A DNA stretch of 34,869 bases from a virus. Position 1 is the stretch's first letter, and the number at the start of each line of letters is the position of its first letter. Both the position numbers and the translations under genes were made by a program. Positions 26,121 through 32,972 of this stretch are shown piece after piece. The stretch lies in the IMG/VR virus record IMGVR_UViG_3300045988_147840, positions 1 through 34,869 of that record; one strand, 5' to 3'. The notes below the pieces were generated by a model. That model made no database searches and was not told where the DNA came from. It was given only the letters and a program-made list of their open reading frames with translations.

Positions 26121-26483
26121 ATGAATAGAATAATATTAATGGGAAATATATCAAGTGATATAGAAACAAGATTAAGTGCAGATGGAAATAATCAAATTAC
26201 GATGTTTAATATAGCAATTAACAGAAGAAATAATGACAAAAATGGAAACAGACCAACAGATTTTTTTAAAATAAAAACATTTGGTAACACAGCTAAATTT
26301 GTAGAAAAATATTTTGAAAAAGGAAATAAAATATTAATAGAAGGAAGAATGGAAAATAACAATTGGACTGATGAAAATGGCGTAAAGCACTATGATACAG
26401 ATTATATAGCAGAACAAGTATATTTTTGCTCAAATAAAAGAGATACTTTTACTACTGTAACAGATGAAAATTTGCCATTTTAA
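26121..26483 (+). CDS. ssb: Single-stranded DNA-binding protein
   Basis: 120 aa with an OB-fold pattern (MNRIILMGNISSD...FFKIKTFG...ILIEGRM). C-terminal DENLPF tail. Confidence 0.8.
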   Translation: MNRIILMGNISSDIETRLSADGNNQITMFNIAINRRNNDKNGNRPTDFFKIKTFGNTAKFVEKYFEKGNKILIEGRMENNNWTDENGVKHYDTDYIAEQVYFCSNKRDTFTTVTDENLPF

Positions 26484-26488
26484 AGAGG

Positions 26489-26731
26489 ATGAGAATAGAT
26501 ATGTTAAAAATAAGAGATGATGTAGATTTAAAACAAAGCAGGTTTAGTAGTGAAGGAGTAATTATGAGTGAAGAAGAGAAAATGAAAATTGCAGTAGATT
26601 TGGCAAAACAAGGAATAGACCTAGAAAAAGTTGAAAGAATAGGCTGTGAATTAGCTAAATTGCTACAACATGTTGTTGGTTTAGCAATGAAAAATAAAAA
26701 GATATTGGATAAATATGATAAAAAGGAGTAA
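26489..26731 (+). CDS. Hypothetical protein; start uncertain
   Basis: ORF-track ORF. Alternative starts at 26501 and 26564. Confidence 0.4.
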   Translation: MRIDMLKIRDDVDLKQSRFSSEGVIMSEEEKMKIAVDLAKQGIDLEKVERIGCELAKLLQHVVGLAMKNKKILDKYDKKE

Positions 26732-26738
26732 ATAAAAT

Positions 26739-27014
26739 ATGGAACATAATTGCTATATAGGAGAATGGTTAGATTATGAAAACGCTGGATTAGTAACATA
26801 TGATGATTTAAAAGAAAAGATAAAAAGTAATAATGAAACGTTTGAATATGGATTAAGCACATATGGCGAAAATTTTGTGAATGGACTTATGAAAGAATTA
26901 AAGATAAAGGATTATTTTGACAAAAGAAAAAATACTAATTTTAATAGATTTAATTATTGTCCATATTGTGGTAAAAAAATAGATTGGAAACAATTAAAAG
27001 AGAGGAGTAAATAA
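26739..27014 (+). CDS. Hypothetical protein with a C-terminal CxxC
   Basis: 91 aa; YCPYCGKKI. Confidence 0.5.
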   Translation: MEHNCYIGEWLDYENAGLVTYDDLKEKIKSNNETFEYGLSTYGENFVNGLMKELKIKDYFDKRKNTNFNRFNYCPYCGKKIDWKQLKERSK

Positions 27015-27017
27015 GAT

Positions 27018-27209
27018 ATGATCAAAGAATTGTCAAGATATTTAACAACGTTGATAGCAATAGATTTGGAAAAACATAGAGATGTATCGATTGGAATGTG
27101 TGAAGCAATTGAGAAAAGTTTTACAGATGAGAAATTTGATAATATAGAAAATATAATAAAAAATTTTTTAAATGATACAAGAACAGTATCAGAAATTGTG
27201 GAGGAATAA
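27018..27209 (+). CDS. Hypothetical protein (63 aa)
   Basis: ORF-track ORF in a tightly packed gene array. Confidence 0.45.
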   Translation: MIKELSRYLTTLIAIDLEKHRDVSIGMCEAIEKSFTDEKFDNIENIIKNFLNDTRTVSEIVEE

Positions 27210-27383
27210 ATGAAAGAAATAAAGAGATTTATATTATACCTATTAAGGTGGGAAGCCTCGACGCCCGTAATTGCATTAGTTTTATATTTATTAAATACTA
27301 ATGAAATAATAGAAACAATAATAGCAAATTTAATAGGTGGAATAATATTTTATTTTGTAGATAAGAAGATATTTAAAAAGTGA
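27210..27383 (+). CDS. Small membrane protein (57 aa); absent from the ORF track
   Basis: ATG abuts the previous stop. Two hydrophobic segments (VIALVLYLL, IIANLIGGIIFYFV). Confidence 0.4.
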   Translation: MKEIKRFILYLLRWEASTPVIALVLYLLNTNEIIETIIANLIGGIIFYFVDKKIFKK

Positions 27384-27393
27384 GATGTAATTT

Positions 27394-27678
27394 ATGATAA
27401 TAGTAAGTCAAGATGAAGATTTAATAGTAAATTTTGAAAATATAACAACATTAGATAAAGAAGGGAAAATTATATTTGCAGTAGATGGTAATGCAAATAG
27501 TAGACAAATAGGTCATTACAAAACAGAAGAAAGAGCTAAAGAAGTATTACAAGAAATAATAAATAAATATTCTAGTTATTTAAAATTAAATGGTGGACCA
27601 GCAATAATGAAAGGCGATATTGATATACAACCAAACATATTTAACATACCAAAAGTATATTATATGCCAAAGGAATAA
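27394..27678 (+). CDS. Hypothetical protein (94 aa)
   Basis: ORF-track ORF. Confidence 0.5.
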   Translation: MIIVSQDEDLIVNFENITTLDKEGKIIFAVDGNANSRQIGHYKTEERAKEVLQEIINKYSSYLKLNGGPAIMKGDIDIQPNIFNIPKVYYMPKE

Positions 27679-27747
27679 GTGATGTGTAGTATGGAAGATA
27701 AAGATATAGAATTAATATAAGAAAAATTTAACAATGAGAACAAATAA

Positions 27748-27933
27748 TTGAACTACTATGATGAAATATTTATAAAATGCCCAAGTTGCCGTACTGAACT
27801 AATGGTATTTCCAAGAAACAAAAAATACTTTAAATGTAACAAGTGTGGCAACAAGATAAAAGACAAAGAATATAAGCCAATTATATTAAAGATAAAGGAG
27901 AAAATATGGAAAGCAAAAATATTTTTGAAGTAA
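27748..27933 (+). CDS. Zinc-ribbon protein (CPSC...CNKC); TTG start, weak RBS
   Basis: 61 aa. The first CxxC requires the TTG start. Confidence 0.35.
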   Translation: MNYYDEIFIKCPSCRTELMVFPRNKKYFKCNKCGNKIKDKEYKPIILKIKEKIWKAKIFLK

Positions 27934-28202
27934 ATGGAATAAAATATTCAAGTAATATACCACCACAAACAAAAATATGTTTAAATCAAGAAGAATATGA
28001 TGAATATTTACAATTAAAAAATGATAGTATACCTAAACAAGTAATAAGAGATAAAATAAAAGAATTAATTAAATATAGAGATTTAGCAAAAGAGTTAATA
28101 GAACATAAGATAGTAGTTGCTGATAGTGATAGTTTAAATTATGGTAGATCAGAAGCACACGATAAAGATATACAAGTTTTAAAAGAATTATTAGGAGAAT
28201 AA
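27906..28202 (+). CDS. Hypothetical protein (98 aa)
   Basis: AAGGAGA RBS. Confidence 0.5.
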   Translation: MESKNIFEVNGIKYSSNIPPQTKICLNQEEYDEYLQLKNDSIPKQVIRDKIKELIKYRDLAKELIEHKIVVADSDSLNYGRSEAHDKDIQVLKELLGE

Positions 28203-28205
28203 AAT

Positions 28206-28397
28206 ATGAGTAGATTTATAACAAGACAAGATGATGATACATTAATAGAAATAGAAAGTATGGAAATATGTAAATGGAGATATAATGATGTATGTGTGAA
28301 TGATAAATGTCCCGATTTGGCAGATTATCCATACCCATCAAACAAATGTGAGGGTAGTTGTCCTTATTTTGAAAAAGAAGATGGAATAATAGAATAG
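28206..28397 (+). CDS. Cys-rich hypothetical protein (63 aa)
   Basis: ORF-track ORF. Contains CKWRYNDVCVNDKCPD...CEGSCPYF. Confidence 0.45.
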   Translation: MSRFITRQDDDTLIEIESMEICKWRYNDVCVNDKCPDLADYPYPSNKCEGSCPYFEKEDGIIE

Positions 28398-28410
28398 GGG
28401 GTGTGAAAAT

Positions 28411-28581
28411 ATGATAATACAAAGTACAAAAGAAGCCACTAGAGAAGAACTAATACAAAGAATAAATGAATTACAATATATAAATGAGCAGCATAGAATA
28501 CTTAACGGAGAACTTAGAGAAGAAATTAATCAACTTAAAAAACAAAAAAATGAAATATTAGATTATATAACAGAAGAATAA
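28411..28581 (+). CDS. Coiled-coil hypothetical protein (56 aa); absent from the ORF track
   Basis: GGGGGTG RBS then ATG 28411. Confidence 0.4.
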   Translation: MIIQSTKEATREELIQRINELQYINEQHRILNGELREEINQLKKQKNEILDYITEE

Positions 28582-28585
28582 GAGG

Positions 28586-28696
28586 GTGGTTAAAATTAAG
28601 GTTTTAGGAATTGATATAGGAAAAGAAATTTGGAAAGATATTAAAGGAAAACTAAAAACTGCTGGTGGCTATATATGGAAATATTTGGAGGTGTAA
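28586..28696 (+). pseudogene. 36-codon relic: RuvC-like start (KVLGIDIG) fused to a homing-endonuclease-type C-terminus (KTAGGYIWKY)
   Basis: GTG-initiated ORF VVKIKVLGIDIGKEIWKDIKGKLKTAGGYIWKYLEV, ending 1 nt before the RuvC-like ATG. Confidence 0.3.
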
Positions 28697-28697
28697 T

Positions 28698-29159
28698 ATG
28701 AGAATACTTGGCATCGATAGTTCTACCACAGCTACAGGTTATGCTATATTAGAAGATAATAAAATATTGTTATCTGGAGTTATACGACCAAATAAGACAC
28801 TTTCTAGTATAGATAGGATAATTTATATAGAAAAAGAAATAAATGCTTTATATGACAAATATAAGCCAGATTTTATAGTAATAGAAGAAATGGTAGCTTT
28901 TAGAAATGCTAATGCTATGAGAATATTAATAGGACTTATATATCATTTAGTAATAGAATATACTAAAAAAGAGGCATTAGTAGTATTAGCAAGACCAAGT
29001 GAATGGCGAAAGGTATGTAATATTAAAGGCAAAGGTAGAAAAGAATTAAAAGAAAATGCAATTAAACATATACAAGAAAAATATAATAAAAAAGTCACAG
29101 ATGATGAAGCAGAAGCTATATGTATAGCAGAATATGGATTAAGTTTGGAGGTTGAATAA
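28698..29159 (+). CDS. RuvC-like Holliday junction resolvase
   Basis: GGAGGTG RBS then ATG 28698. MRILGIDSSTTATGYAIL...IVIEEMVAF...DDEAEAICIA carries the RuvC-fold catalytic D/E pattern. Confidence 0.75.
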   Translation: MRILGIDSSTTATGYAILEDNKILLSGVIRPNKTLSSIDRIIYIEKEINALYDKYKPDFIVIEEMVAFRNANAMRILIGLIYHLVIEYTKKEALVVLARPSEWRKVCNIKGKGRKELKENAIKHIQEKYNKKVTDDEAEAICIAEYGLSLEVE

Positions 29160-29160
29160 A

Positions 29161-29322
29161 ATGCTAATGATATTAAATATTATAACATGGATAATAAATT
29201 TAATCATGGTTATATTAGCAGTAATAATGTATAAAAAATATGAAACTATAAGTATTACATCAATAATATTACTATTTATGTGTTATACTTTTGAAATAAT
29301 GAGAAATATAATAGGGGTGTAG
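29161..29322 (+). CDS. Small membrane protein (53 aa); absent from the ORF track
   Basis: ATG lies 2 nt after the RuvC stop. Two TM segments. Confidence 0.35.
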   Translation: MLMILNIITWIINLIMVILAVIMYKKYETISITSIILLFMCYTFEIMRNIIGV

Positions 29323-29324
29323 AT

Positions 29325-29492
29325 ATGTTAAAAAAGGTTTTTATTAAGGAATATGAATATTTTACTTTATATGGTATATATTTGAATGGAAAATTAATAT
29401 ATAAAACTGCTGAAAACAAAATAAAAGATATATATAAAACGAAAGCAATTAAATCTATAAAAGCAGATGTAATTTTAAGAGGCGAATTATAA
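29325..29492 (+). CDS. Hypothetical protein (55 aa); absent from the ORF track
   Basis: GGGGTG RBS then ATG 29325. Confidence 0.35.
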   Translation: MLKKVFIKEYEYFTLYGIYLNGKLIYKTAENKIKDIYKTKAIKSIKADVILRGEL

Positions 29493-29500
29493 AAAAACAC

Positions 29501-29529
29501 TTGACAATTAAAAAAATATAATATATAAT
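29501..29529 (+). promoter_or_regulatory. Consensus sigmaA promoter TTGACA-17-TATAAT
   Basis: TTGACA at 29501-29506, TATAAT at 29524-29529. Confidence 0.7.
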
Positions 29530-29535
29530 GACATT

Positions 29536-29630
29536 GTCTAGGGAAACAATAAGAATTTATATAAGCATCAGAGTAGGACTTCCCTAGACAAGAAAACTAC
29601 TTTGGTGTTTGTATAAATTCTTATTTTTTT
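29536..29630 (+). ncRNA. Candidate structured RNA of about 95 nt: a long interrupted hairpin plus U tract, with a pseudoknot/alternative pairing; either an sRNA or a transcription attenuator
   Basis: 14-bp pairing 29548-29561/29612-29625 and 11-bp pairing 29566-29576/29597-29607 (two G-U pairs), then TTTTT. The 5' segment 29534-29544 is perfectly complementary to the apical loop 29581-29591. Confidence 0.5.
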
Positions 29631-29661
29631 ATGGAAAAATGAATATATTAAGGAGATAAAA

Positions 29662-29766
29662 ATGAATACGTATCGTATAGATAAAAAAGATTTAAAAAAT
29701 AAAAAGGTGTTAGCAGAAGGTTATAAAGTTTTTAAAAATGATTGGTCTACTAAGTATATAAAATAA
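29662..29766 (+). pseudogene. 34-codon ORF that looks like the truncated N-terminus of a larger protein
   Basis: AAGGAGA RBS. MNTYRIDKKDLKNKKVLAEGYKVFKNDWSTKYIK then stop, followed by about 80 nt of non-coding DNA. Confidence 0.3.
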
Positions 29767-29847
29767 TAGAAAAAGTGTTTGATGACTATAATGTTACCTT
29801 ATATAAATATGAAAAAAAGGAGAACACAAAAATGAGGAGGTGAAATA

Positions 29848-30147
29848 ATGGAAGGATTTTCAGATGAAAAAGTTGAAATATTGATGAGAGCAATAGAAAA
29901 ATATGGAGATAAAGCACAAATATTGCAATCAATAGAAGAAATGTCAGAACTAACTAAAGAATTACTTAAAAATGTAAATAGAAATAGTGAAAATGTAAAT
30001 GAAATAATAGAAGAAATAGCAGATGTGCAAATAATGATAATTCAATTAATTATGATTTATAGTAAAAAAGATTCAGAAATAACAAATAAATTTTGGGGCG
30101 CAATAGATTATAAAATATTAAGATTAAAAGAAAGGTTGGAAAAATAA
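29848..30147 (+). CDS. MazG-like nucleotide pyrophosphohydrolase (small phage type)
   Basis: 99 aa. The EEMSELTKEL...EEIADVQIMIIQL pattern (EExxE...ExxD) is typical of MazG-like NTP-PPases. Confidence 0.6.
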   Translation: MEGFSDEKVEILMRAIEKYGDKAQILQSIEEMSELTKELLKNVNRNSENVNEIIEEIADVQIMIIQLIMIYSKKDSEITNKFWGAIDYKILRLKERLEK

Positions 30148-30148
30148 A

Positions 30149-30421
30149 ATGGGATTATTTAGAGATAAAAAAGATATAAAAACAATTATGGATTTAGAAG
30201 ATACAATTACATATTTAAGAAAATTATTACAAGCCAAAGAAACAACTATGTCACAACTTGAAATAACAGCTGAGTTAAGATTAAAAGAAATAGAAAGATT
30301 AAATAATAAATTAGAGAAATATGAACAGAGAGAAAAAAATGAAGACGCGAACAGAAATGCAGTATCAAGTGATTTATTAGAGAAACCAAAGAAAAAAAGA
30401 GTTGCAAAAAAAGCACAATAA
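30149..30421 (+). CDS. Coiled-coil hypothetical protein (90 aa)
   Basis: ORF-track ORF. Confidence 0.5.
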   Translation: MGLFRDKKDIKTIMDLEDTITYLRKLLQAKETTMSQLEITAELRLKEIERLNNKLEKYEQREKNEDANRNAVSSDLLEKPKKKRVAKKAQ

Positions 30422-30481
30422 TGATATAATAAAGTAAGTGCAATAGCCAATAGGCAGAAGATACTTATTGCACTTATATAC

Positions 30482-30556
30482 TGAAGAGTAGCCAAGTGGT
30501 AAGGCATCAGACTTTGACTCTGACATTCGTTGGTTCGAATCCAGCCTCTTCAACCA
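30482..30556 (+). tRNA. tRNA-Gln(UUG): tRNA-Gln (anticodon UUG)
   Basis: Acceptor TGAAGAG/CTCTTCA (U1-A72), anticodon stem TCAGA/TCTGA with loop CTTTGAC, T arm GTTGG-TTCGAAT-CCAGC, encoded ACCA. Confidence 0.85.
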
Positions 30557-30558
30557 AT

Positions 30559-30636
30559 GCTTCCTTAGCTCAGTTGGCTTAGAGAGATGCTCTTGTAAAG
30601 CATAGGTCGTCTGTTCAAATCAGACAGGAAGCTCCA
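30559..30636 (+). tRNA. tRNA-Thr(UGU): tRNA-Thr (anticodon UGU)
   Basis: Acceptor GCTTCCT/AGGAAGC, anticodon stem ATGCT/AGCAT with loop CTTGTAA, T arm GTCTG-TTCAAAT-CAGAC, encoded TCCA. The D stem has one mismatch. Confidence 0.8.
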
Positions 30637-30849
30637 TTGATGTAGTAAGATGAAATAAGTCGACGACAATGCAGAATTGTCAGCTGCATCTGTGCTTTTA
30701 GAGTTTTGGCGATACTAGTTAAAAATTATAAACTACGTGATTCTTGAATAGCAACGAGAGGATTTCAAGGTGATAAGCAACCCACACTAAACGAGGTTGT
30801 AAATCTAGGTATGATATGTACTAGTAAAATAACATACCTAGTAGTGTAT
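30637..30849 (+). other. 213-nt ORF-free structured spacer inside the tRNA cluster; unassigned RNA element
   Basis: Mutually exclusive hairpins GACAAT/ATTGTC and ATGCAG/CTGCAT (30665-30689). TCTTGAA/TTCAAGG hairpin near 30743-30770. 9-bp stem CTAGGTATG/CATACCTAG (30805-30841) abutting tRNA-Trp. Confidence 0.4.
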
Positions 30850-30923
30850 ATGTCTTTAGTGTAATGGTAGCACAATAGTCTCCAAAACTATTAGTAGTTG
30901 TTCAAGTCGACTAAGGCATGCCA
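30850..30923 (+). tRNA. tRNA-Trp(CCA): tRNA-Trp (anticodon CCA)
   Basis: Acceptor ATGTCTT/AAGGCAT, D arm GTGT-AATGGTA-GCAC, anticodon stem ATAGT/ACTAT with loop CTCCAAA, T arm AGTTG-TTCAAGT-CGACT, discriminator G, encoded CCA. Confidence 0.85.
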
Positions 30924-30957
30924 AATGCAAAGTTTTCATATAATAACTTCTTTTAAA

Positions 30958-30990
30958 TAGAGTATTGGTATATGCTAATACTCTATTTTT
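30958..30990 (+). terminator. Rho-independent terminator after the tRNA cluster
   Basis: TAGAGTATT / AATACTCTA with a 10-nt loop, then TTTTT. Confidence 0.75.
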
Positions 30991-30991
30991 G

Positions 30992-31020
30992 TTGACATTT
31001 AAATCAAAATATGATAAAAG
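30992..31020 (+). promoter_or_regulatory. SigmaA-type promoter TTGACA-17-TAAAAG
   Basis: TTGACA at 30992-30997, TGa extension, TAAAAG at 31015-31020. Confidence 0.5.
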
Positions 31021-31042
31021 TATTGCAAGAGGTGATAAACAA

Positions 31043-31222
31043 ATGATAATAAAAATAGATAACAGAACTGGAATAGAGAGATTTAAAGAAGTAATATGTG
31101 GTACCAGACCACACTGTGTTTTTTGTGCTAAAAATAATATAAAAACAAAGGTTGAACAATCTGTTAAGAAATATGATAGCGATTGTTTGACCTTTTTTTG
31201 CGACAATTTTAAGCTGCAATAA
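31043..31222 (+). CDS. Cys-rich small protein (59 aa)
   Basis: GAGGTGA RBS then ATG 31043. Contains ICGTRPHCVFC...DCLTFFC. The ORF-track start at 30965 lies inside the terminator/promoter. Confidence 0.45.
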   Translation: MIIKIDNRTGIERFKEVICGTRPHCVFCAKNNIKTKVEQSVKKYDSDCLTFFCDNFKLQ

Positions 31223-31231
31223 CCATTCAAG

Positions 31232-31260
31232 TTGAATAATTACATGTTATATGATATAAT
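31232..31260 (+). promoter_or_regulatory. SigmaA-type promoter TTGAAT-17-TATAAT with TG extension
   Basis: TTGAAT at 31232-31237, TATAAT at 31255-31260. Confidence 0.65.
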
Positions 31261-31284
31261 ATAAATGTAATTAGGGAGTTAAAA

Positions 31285-32347
31285 ATGCAAATAGCAATAG
31301 ATAAAAATTGTTTAAATAATATTGAAAAATTAAATAAAATCGAAAATTGCCAAATATTGTATATATTTGACAAAGAACCGTTATCAGAATTACTTGAGAT
31401 AGGCCTTCATTGTACCCATATTAGTCAAATAAAGCAAATAGATATAAATCTAACAAATTATACTTTGCAAGCAATAAAAACGCTTAAAATTGAAAATATA
31501 AAAGAAACAGACATACCTGAAAAGAAAGACTATAAATTTGCTATAATAATACCAAACTACAACAATGACCACGGAGATATACAAGGAAAGACATTTTTGC
31601 AAACATGTATAGAGAGTGTTTTAAATCAAACGTATAAAAACTTTGAACTGATAATAGTAGACGACATGAGTGTGGATAATTCTGTGGAAACTGTGGATAA
31701 TTATGTAGGAAAAGATAAGAGAATACATCAAATAAAAAATAGTTATAAAAGATATAATGGTGGAAGTAGAAATGTAGGCATAGAATATGCACTAAAAAAT
31801 GTTGATTTTGATTATTTCATATTTATGGATTCAGATGACTGGTTTGCAAATAGAAAAGTACTGCAAAATATAAACGATAGTTTGTGGGGCTGTGATTTGA
31901 TGATATTGGGACTAAAAATGATATTCCCAGATGGGTCAGAACAAATAAAAATAAATCAGTTTGACAATTATGAAGATTTTTTCATCAGCGATAATAAAGT
32001 ATGGTGCACAGCATGGTGTAGAGTAATAAAAAAAGATAAAATAGTATATTTCCCAGAACGGAACAATAATGGAAGATAGAACTTGGAGCTATAAGCAAGC
32101 AGACAATGTCGAGTTGGAAAACGTAAGAAATATGCAAGAAGTATGTTATGTATGGAACAGATTAAATACAACTAATTCAGTAAGTTTAGTAAGAGATGAA
32201 AAATGGAAAGCAAGCGCTTATAAACATATAGGGCAACAAATAATGTTATTACAAGAGTTAAAACATAAAGAAATGATACCAATTTTACAAGATAGAATAA
32301 GAACTTGTATAAATAAAGTAAACAATGGTATATATGAACAATATTAA
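31285..32347 (+). CDS. Family-2 (GT-A) glycosyltransferase with an N-terminal extension of about 90 aa; continuous only with a +1 shift at in-frame CGG 32059
   Basis: FAIIIPNYNN...ELIIVDDMSVDNS...FMDSDDW are GT2 motifs. Both frames are open only between 32045 and 32079. The joined reading gives ...KIVYFPE-GTIMEDRTWSYK..., restoring a GT2-type ED motif (353 aa). Confidence 0.7.
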
Positions 32348-32364
32348 AGAAAAGAGGTGCAAAA

Positions 32365-32604
32365 ATGGTAAAAGTAGAAGCAATAATTGATTTTACATAT
32401 AAAAATTATGATAAGATAAAATATTTAGAAAATGTCGGTGAGATAGAACAAGGCAAAATATTTACTGGAGATACTTTTTATGTAGAAGATAAAGAAGCAT
32501 TATATTTAACAGGAGAAAATAAAGATAAAATAGTAGCAGTAAAAGTATTAGAAGTACTACCAGAGCAGAAACCAAAAAGAAGAGTAAAAGAAAAAACAAA
32601 ATAA
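32365..32604 (+). CDS. Hypothetical protein (79 aa)
   Basis: GAGGTG RBS. Confidence 0.5.
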   Translation: MVKVEAIIDFTYKNYDKIKYLENVGEIEQGKIFTGDTFYVEDKEALYLTGENKDKIVAVKVLEVLPEQKPKRRVKEKTK

Positions 32605-32624
32605 TGCACAAGGGGGATAATTTT

Positions 32625-32972
32625 ATGGCGAGGCCTAAGAGTAACAAATATGATAACTTAAAATCGGATATAATAGAATATACAAACACGGCAGAGTATC
32701 CAATATTAAAAGAATTATGTTACCAAAAGCATTATAATTATGATTATGTTATGCAATTACAAAGAAATGATGAAGAATTAGCTCAGTCTATAAAAGAATT
32801 ACTATATAAAAAAGAAAGTTATCTAGAACGCGAAGGAATAAAAGGAAATATTGCACAAACTATGGCGGTATTTACATTAAAACAATTGGGCTGGAAAGAT
32901 GTAGTAGAAAATCAAATACAAGGAGAACAAAAAATACAAATACTAAATGATTTACCGAAAGAGGAAAAATAA
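32625..32972 (+). CDS. terS: Terminase small subunit
   Basis: GGGGGA RBS then ATG 32625. 115 aa, immediately upstream of and overlapping terL (ATAATG). N-terminal HTH-like region. Confidence 0.65.
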   Translation: MARPKSNKYDNLKSDIIEYTNTAEYPILKELCYQKHYNYDYVMQLQRNDEELAQSIKELLYKKESYLEREGIKGNIAQTMAVFTLKQLGWKDVVENQIQGEQKIQILNDLPKEEK

